Shown: piece by piece, positions 28,711 through 42,903 of the stretch
Layout: each line of letters opens with the position of its first letter
How positions within the stretch are numbered: position 1 is the first letter of the stretch
DNA from: the human T2T-CHM13v2.0 reference genome, Homo sapiens
Assembly: GCF_009914755.1 (NCBI RefSeq)
Contig: NC_060938.1
Direction: 5' to 3' (one strand)
Length of the DNA stretch: 64,000 nt
Made by a program: the position numbers and the translations under genes
Notes under the pieces: generated by a model
What the model saw: the letters and a program-made list of their open reading frames with translations, nothing else
Database searches by the model: none
What the model was told of the DNA's origin: nothing

Positions 28711-31671
28711 AAAAAAATGTACATGCTCAGGACACAGCTCCAGGGACCTGAATTGGAGCCCAGGCATCTGTATTTTTTAAATATTCCACAGGAGATCCTG
28801 ATGCAGAGCCAGAGTTAAGAACTTTATCAACACTCTACAGCATGTCCAAAACACGCCCCAGACTTCTTACCTAAGACCTAAACAAAACATGCACACTTCA
28901 TTCTAGTCTTCTACAAGCAATCCAGATGAGTGATCTAATAATGACACTAATAATAATAACATTCATACATTTTATTGAGTGCCTACTCTGTCCCCAGGCA
29001 CCGTGCTTAATGTTTTTTACACATATTTTCTGTTTTAATTCTCGCAAAATCCAAGGAGGAGAGAACTTTTAATATTCATATTTCCAAAGTCATAAAGCTA
29101 GATACAAGAGCTGGAATTCAAACTCAAGAGTACATTGATTCAAAATAAATGCTTTTCACAGCCACTTCACTACACTGCCATCCAAAACAAAGGATAACCA
29201 TTAATTCTCTGAATATTTGAGTGCCACCTAATGCCAGGCATTGTGCCCTCAGTCACAAATAGCATAAACTAATACTCACAGACTTTAAAGTAATGGCATA
29301 TTGACTTGAGCTCCAATAGATTAAATTTGTCATAGAGACTATACCAAGTAGCTGAAAATAGAATGAACAACAAGCTTTGTTACCCAGCAACTTAATAAGA
29401 TAAAGATTTCACTATCAGAAAATTAGGTTTTCTGGAGAAGGAAAAAAGTACAAGCTATACTTGTGGAAACACTTAAATGAGACTTCTAGGAAACGGGCTT
29501 TGACATTGATTCCCATGGGTGTAGGCTCTCAAAATCTGAGTACCTCTCATCCTCGTTCATTTTAAAGAGCTAAAGGTTAACCATCAGACCACCTCATTAT
29601 TAATTTCAAAACAGAAACCTTATCACTCATGATTGAAGACCACCTAATTAATTTTTGGTGTCAATATTTCTCAATACACTGCTATATAACACCCAAATAT
29701 CCCCCCCAAATAATGAATGTTTTTAAAAGAGCAAATCACATGTTCCTTTCTTACGTATACATTTTAAGCCATGGTTATTAATGTTTTGAGGTCCATGAGT
29801 ACCACTGAAAATCTGAAGAACCTTATGAAGCACCTCAGAAAAGTGCACATCAATTTATGCACATATTGTTAGATTAAGAATCTCTCATCTGAGGCACTAT
29901 TTTATTTATTCCTTTTTCATTTAATTTTTAAAATGAGGGCTGACTCTTTCAGACACTGACAGTAGCAAGCCCCTTATCCCCATGGAGCTCATCTACAGTC
30001 TAGCAATCTTGTTTATGACTAGATTTTGCAATGGAGAATAAGTAGAAAGCCATATTATCAATTATCAGCAACATGTACACAATGAATGCCTAGCTGTACA
30101 GGGCATGGCTAATACCTGGACACCAATTGGAACATAGGGCTAAGCAGGAGATCAAGGGATTTTGAGCCCCAGGTGATGGGGGAAGAGCCCAGAGGGTGAG
30201 CAGGTTGTGATCCAGAAAATCTCGTAGTAGGTAGTAGAGACCAGGCAAAAGGGGTTTGGATTCATCGGCAGGTCTCTAGTTCCTAAGAAGACCTAGGTTG
30301 GACATTAAGACAAAGCACCAGTCCCAGAGGTATGAACCAGAAAACTAAAATAGCGATTGTGGAAGTGGGTTAAGTGGAAATCCAACTTTTTCTTAGAAAG
30401 CCCAAACTACTCACTGACAGTAGAGTACAGAAAGAATTTGGTTAAATGGAAACAAAGACGACTCTGTACTTGGAATAGGCACATGATTAGAACCAGACCT
30501 TTGATGGGCTAACAGGGTACTGAATCTGGTATCCACTGGCCTACTGATCCTCAGTTTCACCCAATTCCAGTGCCCTAAAGGTAGAGAACTGGTGCCAGGG
30601 ACTATGGTGAAGTGCAAATCTACAGGTGAAGGTCAAATGCTTAAATTTGGCAGTGGAGATTATAAATCTACAGAAACTACAAGCCACGTAGATCATTACA
30701 AGGAGTAAACACATTGTGCAAGATATCGCTCATGATCCTAAAAACCTGGTATATGACTCTACCCAAACAAAAAAAAATGGAAAGCTAGAATAAAAGATTA
30801 GCTAAATACTTAAAATTTTTTATGTGCTGAATGTCAGATATTGTGATATTTGGAAATTAAACAATGGAAATTGTTGGAACACGAAGTTATCACTGTGTCA
30901 CATCAGATGTTTGCAGTATAATGATCACTTTTCTGATTAAAGCAAATTCTTCACAATAGGTAATTCTATATACTGAATTGTTTTCTCATCCTTCTGTCTA
31001 TAACAGAAATGCTGGGCTATATTCAGTTGATGCTGAGAGTGTGGGAAAGGATGGAAAAATAACCATGTTTTTAAAAAGTAATAAATAGTAAACAAATAAC
31101 ATGGCTGATGGTTCATCTAGGCTATTAGAAAAAACTCACAAAATATTTTTTCCTTCACATTTTCAGTTCCCATCATATATCAGTTCATAGCAGTTAAGTG
31201 AGTTACATGAGGAAATTAGTTATTTCTCCCATGGAAGGGCACTCTGAAATGGGGCATAGTCAAGCCAGCTAAACTTAAAAAGAGATACCCTCTTGCTGGA
31301 GTGCTGGAGATATTCTGTTTGCCTCTCCAGATCAACTCCCCAACCTTCTCCATCCTACTCTGTGCCCTAGAAGCTAAGCTATGGGGTCTTCAATGATGGG
31401 ACGCCTTGCTCTTTGATTTCCATGATGTTTGGCCACCCACCAGACATGGGAGGGAGAGAGGAGAATGCTGTGGTGATATCTACACCTCTGAAAGATCATA
31501 GCAAACTGCAGACATCCACTGCTTAACACAGATGCTGTCAGGCTGCCCTCACCACACAACCACCTCTCTCTCCATGTTTTGGGAATCACTCCCTTCCCTT
31601 GCACTCTCACAGCCGGCTACTACCAGCTCAAAGGCTTGAAATTCTTTGGACTTCCCTACACCCTGCTCACC

Positions 31672-32214
31672 TGTGATGGTTAATATTGAGTGTCAATTTA
31701 AATGGATTGAAGGATGCAAAGTATTGTTCCTGGGTGTGTCTGTGAGGGTGTTGCCAAAGATGATTAACATTTGAGTCAGTGGGCTGGGAGAGAGAGACCC
31801 ACCCTCAATCTGGTGGGCACCACCTAATCAGCTGTCAGCATGGCTAGAATAAAGCAGGCAGAAGAAGGTAGAAAGAGCAGACTTGCTGAGTCTTCCAGCC
31901 TTCATCTTCCACTCATGCTGGATGTTTCCTGCCCTCGAACATCAGTCTCCAATTTCTTCAGTTTTGGACTCTTGGACTTACACCAGTGATTTGCCAGGGG
32001 CTATCGAACCTTTAGCCACAGAATGAAGGCATTGTCGGCTTCCCTACTTTTGAGGTTTGGGGACTCAGTCTGGCTTCCTTGCTCCTCAGCTTGCAGATGG
32101 CCTATTGTGGGACTTCACTTGTGATCATGTGAGTTAATACTCCTTAATAAACTCCCTTTCATATATACATCTATCCTATTAGTTCTGTCCCTCTAAAGAA
32201 CCCTGACTGATACA
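31672..32214 (+). mobile_element. MLT2A-type (HERV-L) solo LTR nested in an older LTR33-like LTR (~31290-32285)
   Basis: TGTGATGGTTAATATTGAGTGTCAA start, TTAATAAACTCCC, and AGAACCCTGACTGATACA end. Confidence 0.9.
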
Positions 32215-34169
32215 CTGTCCTTCCTCTAATTGCCCTGTTTGAGTTTGTATCTGTTTCCTGCCAGGATCCTGACTGAATATTGTCATTCCAGAGCCACCCC
32301 TCCATAGGCAGGCTATGGGGGTAATGAGGAATGAGGTGACCTTGATGGCAATTCTGTTTGGGCTGGTGGAGGAAAGTTTTAGTCCTAAGAGTGCTGAGAA
32401 GGGAGTCTTTCATTTCTACTTGGCAAAGCACCCAAAGGACAGGGCCAGAGCTCCTCTTCCCTAACTCAGCTTGACAAGTTGGGAGTGTCTGGGTATTGTG
32501 AGGAACAAAAAGATAATCTCACCTAAACTACCACCAACTTTCTCTTGGTTTCCAGGGCAACTAAGAGAAAGTTCTAAAAGACTGGAGACGAAGGGTTTTG
32601 AAGCATGGCTTATCCCCATTTGGACTTCTTCTTAATGTTTTCAGAACATTTATCTTAATTTTATAATAAAATAAACTGAAACTGTACTTTTATTCATCAG
32701 ATTTTCAAAGTAATATGATGTTCCTGTAGCATACTCAAAATCCCCAAACAATTTTAATATCTCTGCAGGACATTATAACCCCCTGGTATCTTCTCTTAAA
32801 TTCAGTTTTTGTTTTTAATTTCCATTAAGTAGCCAGAATCAAAAATATATATAGAGAGAGTCATCTGCGGAGCTTTTTAAAAGCTCTTTACTGAGCTTTG
32901 CTACATGAACATGTACTCGTCACAGCAAATATCAGCCTCGTGACCAATCTTGTTTCCCTTGTACTCCCCCAAGCAATTTATGTTCAATTTTTATTGAAGA
33001 TAGAAATCGTAGGAAAAAATTACCTTGAAAGGTAAATAGTTACCTACCCAGTAAGCATAAATACAAGAGATTTAACACTTTTAAAAACCTACTGATCTTA
33101 TTAATGACACATTTGAGGAATTTGGAAAGGCCCAGCTAATGTCAGAAATATCCAGAAATGTCAGAAACAAGCATGGGGGTGAAACCAAGGATGCTCAAAC
33201 CCCAGCTGGAATGAAGCATCAGGGCAATCACACTTGCATTTCCATGTGATAGAGGTCTTAATAAAGGCTTGTAGTGGTGTGAATAACACGGGGCAAGACT
33301 GTAAGACCAATGGGGTCGATGTTGAAGCAATGCTGGACTTCTGTTTCTGAAGAGAACATTAGCAACACCAGGGTCAGCATTCCAATGATTTAAATCATAG
33401 CGAGAGAAATTTCATTAAATATTAAAAGAAGCACTGACAGTAAGACTGATGTATGATCATAATTCCACCAATATTGTTCTCCTATACTGTGTCAGGCACA
33501 CATAACTCAAAATTACAGGCATTTCTACTTGGCCACAGGAGTAGACAACTTGCTCTCTTTCTGTCCCCACATAAGCTTATTTCTTTTTACCTTCTAGATG
33601 CAGGAAATAGAGAATTCTTCTCAACAGGAAAAGCTGCCTTTTGGAAGCAAGATTTCCTCTGTCTGACCAGAAGAATAGCCCCGCAAGATATCCAGGTACC
33701 TCGAAGGAGTCAAGTTGGGATCAGGAGCGGGCATCCCCTTGTCCTGACTCTTCACTGCCCTCCGCCCTCTGTCCATAGAAAACTGTAAGATTCCAGACAC
33801 CAACTGGACCTTTGTTACTAGTAGAGGGGTCTCTCTGTCTCTCTCCTCCATCTATCTCTCTCTGTCTCTGTCTCTTCCCCCACCCCCCATGCACATACAA
33901 AATCTTAAGGCCATCTTGTTCAATCTCTTTTCTTCTTTCTAAAAAGAGCCTTCAGACACAGCATCTGGTTGAAGTAAAATTCAGTCTTTCGGGGAGAAGG
34001 AAGTAAGCCCTTTATTGGATCTGCACATTGCAAGTTAAGGGTACCCTACTAAAAACAAAGTGAAAGTTTATTACCATCCTGTAGAACTTCAGGAGGAGGA
34101 AAAATAACTGAGCCATGGGAGGATCTGAAATTTTATAATTTTGACTGCTTGTTACTCTCTCTAGTGGAG

Positions 34170-34340
34170 TATGGATTTGGGCAGTAGACAGTTCTGGGGT
34201 CAAATCCTTGCCCTGACACCTGGTAGCTATGCCCTTGGGCAAGGTAACCTCTCTGAGCCTCAATTTTTTCATCTCTAACATGGTAATAACACCCACTACA
34301 CAGAGTGGCTGTGAGTTATAATGAAATCGTATATGCTATT
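34170..34340 (+). mobile_element. MIR SINE
   Basis: CCTTGGGCAAGGTAACCTCTCTGAGCCTCAATTTTTTCATCT. Confidence 0.75.
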
Positions 34341-35884
34341 GCTTCGGCAAGGGTAAAATGCATACAACTGTCGGAGAGAGGTTGTAGCATTCTTGAGAAT
34401 TTACATCCCAAATCTTTGTGTGCTATGGTTTATTATTCAAGCCTCAAACATTACTCTGCAAACAATTCAGGCTTACATTGGTTACAATCCCACTATGACT
34501 GTATACAGTGCCTATTTGGGTATAATTTTCTATTGAAAGCCACAGGAAAGTTAACTGTGTTAAGTTTTAGCATAAGCTGAGATTCTCATTCCTGATTTTC
34601 TTCCCTAATAAGCTTTTATATGTCAGAAGCTGTATGTGCTGGGGTTTTACATGCATGATCTTTACATCAAGTGTAAATATTTTTTAAAAAGATAGAACTC
34701 TAAACTCCAAGTATGTTATATGCTTTGCCACCATTTTCCATCCTTTATCAAGCAATCAAACTGGATTGAGAGAGGTACCTAAGTCCAAAGTCAAAGGGCA
34801 TATCCCCTTCTCTTCTCACTTCTTTCCTGGGAGACAGCCCTACACACTAGGAGAGCCACCATGAAATTCTACACTCCCAGCAAATATAATCAGAATGTAA
34901 CAGAAGTCAAGATGAGTAATAAGGCCATTGAAGACAGCTTTATTAAATACTGCACAAGGCACTGAGAGGGAATTAACATCTGGAATGGCCTTTTATTCTC
35001 TAATAAGCATAAGTATGTCATCTCCTCTGAAACAGGTAAGAAAGGAAGGGGAAAAAAACACCAAGAGATGTCTTAGACCAAGGTAATCAGATAATCTGCC
35101 TCAACTAAAATTCCACTGCATCATTATTGAAATAAGGCCCCCAAAAGAAGGGAGTAACATGATCAAATCAGAACACTCATCCAAACCATTCGGAATTTCT
35201 CCCTAGGATGAAGATCCTGCCAATTCCAAACCTCTTTTTCCATTCCATGAGTCATAAACCCAGTGGGATTCCTTCCACAAGGATAAATTTCCATGTTGCC
35301 TGAATATTGGGCCAAGTGTGTTTGGTTAGCAGATTATTCAGTCCTGAAACAAACAAACAAACAAACCAGGCAGCCTCCATAGGCCCCTGAATGAAATAAC
35401 AGTCGTTTTTCCGAGATTCTAGCCCAAGTCACAGGACAATTTTCATTGCATTTTAGCATATAGTGCAAAATCATTGAAAACAAAATCAATTTTTGTTCCT
35501 GAGAGTCTTTAGTGAATTTTTCCCTGAAATTCACTTGTATACAGAACTTAAAGTTCATATCCACTACTAAGATACATGAGATCACATGCCAAGACTTTAG
35601 TAGCCAAGAATTTTTCTTGAATTAATATGGCTGATGGGAAACAAAACTTGGAAAATCTAAAATAAACTCATGAGTTATTAACAGTGACGTTATCCCATGC
35701 TTTGAGAGCTCAGAAATGCATCAGAGTGAGATTAAATGTGTCAGGGGGTTTCAGAGAGTTAGTGAGAGTACATACCATAGGCCCCAGCCTAAACCCTCCT
35801 CAATCTCCAAACAGACTCTTGCAACAGAGAAGGGAATATATGGATACCCAGCTTGTTCTAGGAAAGCGACAGATTATCCACAGC

Positions 35885-36302
35885 TAGTGCTACTCAAAGT
35901 GCACTCTGCAGATAGTCCTGGCCATGAACTGTTACCAGACCATGACAAATATAGAAATTGAGAGTAATCACTGAGAAATATTTATAGCAAGTTGACACTA
36001 CTATAATATTTCAGTGCATAATTATGTTTTCTACTATTTCATTTTTGTTAATTTTGCCAGAGTTTTGGAAATGTAAAAACAGAAACTGGCTAGGTAAAGA
36101 ACCAGATAGTTTGAGACATGCTGCCCTAGACCCTTGTTCATAGTTTTGGCTGCTCTTTGGGATCTCCTTGGAGCTTTAAAAAGTACTGATGCCTGGGTTT
36201 CAATCCCAGTAGTCTGTTTTAACTGGTATGGAATGCAAGCTGTGCCTTGGGATTTTTTTTCACTCCCAGATGTTTCTAATAAGTAGCAACTTGAGAACCA
36301 CT
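35885..36302. mobile_element. Adjacent hAT-Charlie / MER5-type DNA elements
   Basis: TAGTGCTACTCAAAGTG..GTTTGAGACATGCTG followed by a MER5A-like piece ending TTGAGAACCAC. Confidence 0.55.
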
Positions 36303-36370
36303 TTTCTTATACTGGTAAGGGATAAGAGAAGGCATTCAGGGGCTAGTAAACTGGAAACACACACAAAAGT

Positions 36371-36426
36371 AATTCTTTATCTTCTGTTACTTTGAAAATT
36401 CTTTATCTTCTGTTACTTTGAAAATT
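36371..36426. repeat. Perfect 26-bp tandem duplication
   Basis: AATTCTTTATCTTCTGTTACTTTGAA x2 followed by AATT. Confidence 0.95.
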
Positions 36427-37518
36427 TGAAAAATATTTTCTTCAGATTAAGTTATAATTCAGTGTTTCATTATAAACAAAGGTAAAATGGGCCAGGATAC
36501 CATGATATCCTATAATACAAGGTCATGTGAGGTATAATTTTCAGTGTAAATGTTTTATTACAATATAACATACATACAGAAAAGTGCATAAACCTTATGT
36601 GTACAGCTCGATGACATTTTCATAAACGTATCAATGTAACCAACAGTCAGATCAAGAAACAGATAATGCACAATATTATTTTCCCCCATGTTGTGACATC
36701 TAAAGTAGCTTCTCACTGAGAGAAAATAAAAATAATGTACTCTGCCACTATGAATATGCCATTTATCTTAGTTTACAGTAAATGTAGTAAAAGTTGGAAG
36801 ATACTGAGTAATAAAAACAGAAAGTGCAATGATTCTATCTGAAAGATGACAGATTGAATACAAACATCTGTATTTGCTCATTCAGGAAGTTTCACTAAAA
36901 TAACGATGAATGTATTTTAAAGGCATAAATCCATAAAAACGGAAGAATCAGGAAAGAAGATAATTATAAAATTTTAGGAGCCAGAAAGTAGTAAATGACT
37001 TGTCAGGCCTGAGAAAACTGAAACCTAAATTGAGGGTAGAGAAAATGGAAATTAGTTTAATTTACCACGCAGAATTTCTCAAAGCCTGGAAATTGTGGCA
37101 CCAGTTACTGCTATAAATAAGGCTAAAATCAGCAGTCTTGTGTAAGCCTGTTTAAGGAACATTATGGCTTCTTAATCCCCACCCTCATTCAGCATTTGAC
37201 TATACCTCCCTTCACCCTGGCAAAGGGCAGAGGTTTATTCTCCGAAGATGCTCAAACAAAACTCTACAGAGACACCAGGCATGGTTGAAGACTGCGGTGC
37301 TATACCAAAATCATGGAAGAATTGAGTGAATCTGTATACGCTGCCCACTGAGGCTCCCAGGTTTCTTTCCTACTTGACTGTCAGAATGCTGGTGGTAAGC
37401 CAGGAGATTCAAAAAGCCTTCTATGAGCCAAGGGAGCAGATCTTAAGAAAACGATATTGAAGGTTCCCAAGGAAAAAGCCCAGCTGATTAACGGTAGAGT
37501 CATCATAGACAAGCTCTT

Positions 37519-38020
37519 TTGGGAGATGATTCTCCATGAGTCTTTCCTGCATTTCCACATATCATGTGCAGGCACTGACAGCTTTTTGTTCTGAACTATT
37601 GCTTCAAGAGCCTGGATAAGCAACAGATTTGAAGGGTAGAAATAAAGTTTCCCTCAAAAACAGAAGGCAGGTTTGTTTGCTAACATCTCTTTCTGGGGCA
37701 AACATTGGGTAGGTTTGTTTGTAGGCCGTTATAAATGATTGGCATTTTCTAAGCTCAGGATTCCTCGACTGTCACACAAACCTACTATACATGCTGAGGA
37801 TCCACCTTGGTTACTTCATATTGTCCCTGTGGAACTTGGGGAGCAAGGGGAACCAACATAAACATGAAATTCATGCTGCCTGCTGGAGTGTGAGTAATAA
37901 AGTCCTTTGAATCTGACCCAAGAGTCTCATGTCTTTTGCCAGCATCTGTGAAACTGTAGCATGCTAACTTGATAATTTGAAAGTGGTATATAATGCCAGA
38001 CCCTTCATAGTTCTTGACCA
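37519..38020 (+). mobile_element. ERVL-class solo LTR (LTR47-like) within old L1M 5' sequence (~36750-38680)
   Basis: TGGGAGATGATTCTCCATGAGTCT start, AGTAATAAAGTCCTTTG polyA signal, CCCTTCATAGTTCTTGACCA end. Confidence 0.6.
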
Positions 38021-38123
38021 CTTCAGCCATTCTCACAGATTATAAACAGTTTTTGAGTCCTTCACTCTAGAATATAAGCACATAAAAAAGAATCACAACA
38101 TATCCAAGAATACTGACTAACAA

Positions 38124-38470
<347 letters not shown>

Positions 38471-40599
38471 TAAAATATAGTATTAATATCCTTAAGGAGA
38501 TAAGAGAAGATATTCTATCCATAAAACAAGAATAAAATGCTATATTTTTAAGAGAAATATTCAGAAAACAAAAGAGCTACTAAAACTTTAATAAAACTTG
38601 AAGTGAAAAACTTAATAGAAGAGTTTAAAAATAAAGTACAACATATAGACAAAGGGATAGAAAACAGGAGAGAAAAGGTTAGAACCTGTGTACTTCATTA
38701 CAGCATCAGCCATTACATCAGAAACCATACCTCTCAAATTCATACTGCTTAAGCCAATATAAGCAGAGCTTTCTTTACTTTCTAACTGACTATCACATTC
38801 TAACTGACTGTCAAGCAAAAGAATACACACACACACCCCTGAGGAAACTTTGGAAACCAGTACGTCTTGGTAAAGGATACACTGGTTTGCAGTCTGGAGC
38901 CACAGATAAAGATGGAAGCAGTGCCTTTATCAAATAAAACTATCTCCCCAAACCTGCCCATTTGCCATAATTTAGATGCAAATATTGAAGATACCAGCCA
39001 CTATGCTAATTTCCCCTCAGCAAACAACCAGATATCTCACAATATTTCTAACTCCTGACTCTCTGTATGTGTATATGAATGTCATTGAAAAATAAAATCT
39101 ATTCTGTAAGCCTTTTAGGACACATGAAAAGTTGCAACGTCAAGCAAAACTGTACTTGGGGAGAAAAGTAGGTTGTGCTGCTTTGGAAATGAAAGTAGTT
39201 TTGCACATTAATATGACTTGCTGCCTTACACATCAGCATGTAGTGGCACCTGAAATACTGTCAGTAATCCTACAAGAAACCTATTCTACTGTCTTGAAAG
39301 TAAAAGTCAACTCCATTAGAGCCAGGGTCAAAATTATCACCTCCTCAAGAATTTTGTTTTTAATCAAGAAAATGTGGAGTTCTTCTTCACTACCTAGAAG
39401 CTGCTTTGCTTCTGGAAACCATGATTGAAATCTTTAACTGGCATTTGGGAAGACATTTGTATCACTTTTGAGAAAAAAAGGAAGCCCATTCATAGAACAA
39501 TTCAGTAAGGAGAAACTGATTCATAGCTTTTCTTACTTTATGGATATAACATGATACTTTTTTTCATTTAAAGCTTCACAGTCACCATTATAATGCAGCT
39601 GGAAACTGCAAGTTCTTTTGGAAACACTGTTTCTCAGAAAACTAAGGATCCAGAGTGACGATGTGTCATAAAATGTCTTCTCTGTAGACCAACAATCCAA
39701 GGGTACCTAGGTATACTGCAGGATATGTTTGAAGGACAATTCTGCTTGGATGACCTTAACATTGAAACGGATTCATCATTCTTTTCTTGTAGACAAAGAC
39801 TGCATGGATGGTTTTTGAGGCCTTGCCTCAAGGATGATCTCATTGACTTGAATACTAATGAAATAATATGACATTAATTCAACTTGTAGGATCAGGAAAT
39901 CTGGCATTTCTTGAAACATGTCCACCCTCTTCCTGCAAAAAAGCTAGTAGATCTCTAATTTCATTTGCTATCTCATATCCTTGTGAGTCAACATTTTTAG
40001 AAGGTGTTAAGACTCCCAGCACATTGAAGAAAACTGGGTGTCATGCACATTGTCATGCCTAAGACCACTGCAAAATTTTAGCTTTTTATTAGTCCAACCA
40101 CAAGAGCTTTCTCACTAAAATTTACCTTTAAATAAAACTAAAGTTCACTTATATTTTAACAAATTTAAATTATTTCCATCTTCCAGATATTACCATTAAA
40201 TTTTGCATACATTATTATGAAATTTAAAAATAGATAAAACTCAGTGGAATTATTTTATAGCCTGTACTTGTGAAGTAAACTTCCAATGTAATAAACTGCA
40301 TGAAAATGTTTGGTGTATATGTGCATTTGGGGGATAGGTGAGTAGTTCATAGATCAGATTTTCAAAGATTTCTGTATCTCCAACATGTTAAACATAGAAA
40401 TGCTAGAAACCACTGTTATACACTGTAAAACAGTCTCTAAACTAGTATGCAATTATGATGTCAAGTCAAACATCAATTTAATCCTTAGTCACCTTGAAAA
40501 CTAGCAGTTAAATTTTCAAATGTAATCTGATCCAAGCCCTAAAATGTGTGCCAGGAAGTTCCTATAAAATTGAACTTTTCAAGTTTAATGCACTAAAAG

Positions 40600-40890
40600 C
40601 CTACCTGAGAGACATGACAAGTAAATGCAATCTGGTACTCTGGATTGGGTCTTAGAACAGAATGAGAACCTTAATTGAAAAACTGGTGAAATCCAAATAA
40701 AATCTAGAGTTTAATTAATTATAATGCACCAGTGTTGGTTTCTTCATTTCTGGCAAATGTACCATGCTAATGAAAAGTGTTAACTGAGTGAGGAAGCTGA
40801 GTGAGGGGTTACGGGAACTCTCTGTATTATCATTGCAACTTTTCTGAAAAATTTAAAAACATTCCAAAGAAAAATATTATCTTGGAAAAA
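40600..40890 (+). mobile_element. L1MC/L1MD 3' end
   Basis: TAAATGCAATCTGGTACTCTGGATTGGGTC..GGGAACTCTCTGTATTATCATTGCAACTTTTCTG. Confidence 0.75.
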
Positions 40891-40919
40891 AGAAGCCTAT
40901 TTGATATTTTCAACAAGGC

Positions 40920-41490
40920 TTAATCACTCATCCAGCCAATATTTATGGAGTGCCCAAGCATTGTTCTTTGTGCTGGTCATACGGTGCTGAACGAAATAGA
41001 TCCATCCCTACCTACTCTTAGGGACATAAGAATCTAATGGGCAGAAAAGCATTAAACAGTTACAAAAGTGAACATAAATTGCATTAGCCACTTGTGGTAA
41101 GTGCTATAAAGAAAAAGTACATGAGATGATAGAGGTGCAAAGCTGGAAAGGGCTCTCAGAGGTGGTGGCACTTAATATGAGACCTGAGGAATGTTGAGGG
41201 GCCAGACAGGTCACACCACCAGGAAGAGGGGAGAGCTTGTTCATCATCTTAGATGAATGAAAGAGCCTGGAACAGGAACCAGTAAAACCAAAACATAATA
41301 AGGTCATGAAAGTGTGGTGGCAGCTAAAGAATCAGACCTTGTAAGATCTTATAAGCTGCGTTCAGAGTTTTATAGTTTTCCAAAGAAATACAGGAGGCCA
41401 CTAACGACTTTAACCAGAGGAATGGCATGATCCAGTGAATGCTTCTGAAAGGTGATCATGGTTCCTACACAGATGTGGACTAGAAAGGAA
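40920..41490 (-). mobile_element. L2 fragment
   Basis: CACTCATCCAGCCAATATTTATGGAGTGCC start; L2-like body. Confidence 0.6.
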
Positions 41491-42379
41491 CAAGACAAGC
41501 AGTTCCAGCTTCAAGCACTTGCAATTTTCAAAAAGTTCTTAACTTCTAAGCACCTTTGTTCTAAAAAGTCTGTGGGAATAATAATGTCACTTTAGATGCA
41601 GTACCGCTTCTTCAGACCCTGTCACCATAACTCCAGCAGGGAAGATGGTGCCTCAACAGCCTCCAACTCACTGGATTTGGATCTGTCCTCTAGAATGCCT
41701 ATAACTGAACATGGGCTTCAACAAAAACACAAAATAGATACCAAAGGCACATGACTTGGAGTTTTTAGTAAGATATTAGCAGGAAAAACCTGAAGGCTCT
41801 AACGCTCTTAGGAATCTCTGCTTCACAAAGCATAAAGAATTCTTCTTATGTCTGGTTTTCAGTACCATGAAACCATTACTGACATCTCACTAGTGCCATC
41901 TTGGCATTAGCCTAGGTCTAAATATAGCAAACCTCAGACTGCAGGATAGTGTAATGTTCAATCTCTGTTTAAATATACCATGTTAAATGTCATCCTCAAT
42001 TACTGTACATTGAATCGGAAAGACCTGTTGTATTGCCCTATCTGACCTAGAAAAAGAAATATGTTTTCCAAACTTGATGTAACCAGTGGCACTTCAATGA
42101 AGCTTAACAAGTAGTCTGCAGTGCTAGATGGGCACTCTTAAACAGAATTCTCAAGGACTTATACTCTAAATAGACACTTGGATTTTCTCAGTTTCTAGGA
42201 TGATACAGTATCTATAAGTTCATTACATATTATCTAGATTCACTCTAAGGGCTCTCAGGGCCAGAAGAGAGAAAAGATGGAATCTTGATTGAAGCCTATA
42301 ATTTGATATAAAAAATGCAATGTTCTGTGAACCAAATAGCTATTAAGTTAAGTGTCAAACCAATTGCCCTGTTTCTCTA

Positions 42380-42903
42380 AACTATCATCTCTTCCCTCAT
42401 ACAGTCAATAGGGTTACAGGAGAGGGCCTCTGGCAGCCATGATTGGGAAACTTGACCCTGCTCCAAACCGCCACCATCAATAGGGTCAAGAGTGTGCATG
42501 TGATATAAATTGGGCCAAAATGTCTCTTTCCCCAGGAATCTGGATTTAGAAGTAAGAGATTCTCGCTCAATCTGTCTGCTCTCTTGAATAGAGGACACGT
42601 AAACGCTGGAACTGCTGGCAGTGGCTATTTTCGACCATTTGGACAAGGAAATAGAGAAAGCCAGCCTGAAGCAAGAGACAAGAATGGGGAGCATGTGCCA
42701 GAGAAAAAGAGATGAAAGACAGAGCAAGAAGTCTTCCTGTTCTCCCCACAGCCCTCCAGGACCTGATTTCAGCCTATACCATCTTACCCCTCCCCTTCAA
42801 ACCCATGAGAGACTCCCCGGTGTCTTTTCAATAGCTCCCATTTTGCTTCAGCTAGTTCAAGTGGAGTCTTGTGACTAGAAACCAAACAAACCATCACTAA
42901 TAC
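42380..42903 (+). mobile_element. Old MLT1 (J/K/L-type) MaLR LTR
   Basis: TTTGCTTCAGCTAGTTCAAGTGGAGTCTTGTGACTAGAAACC..CTAATAC 3' end. Confidence 0.6.

Noticed and set aside
31690-31715. DUX4 site expected in an MLT2A LTR
   Set aside because: The recalled consensus TGATTGGATTGA reads TAAATGGATTGA here, so the site is degraded
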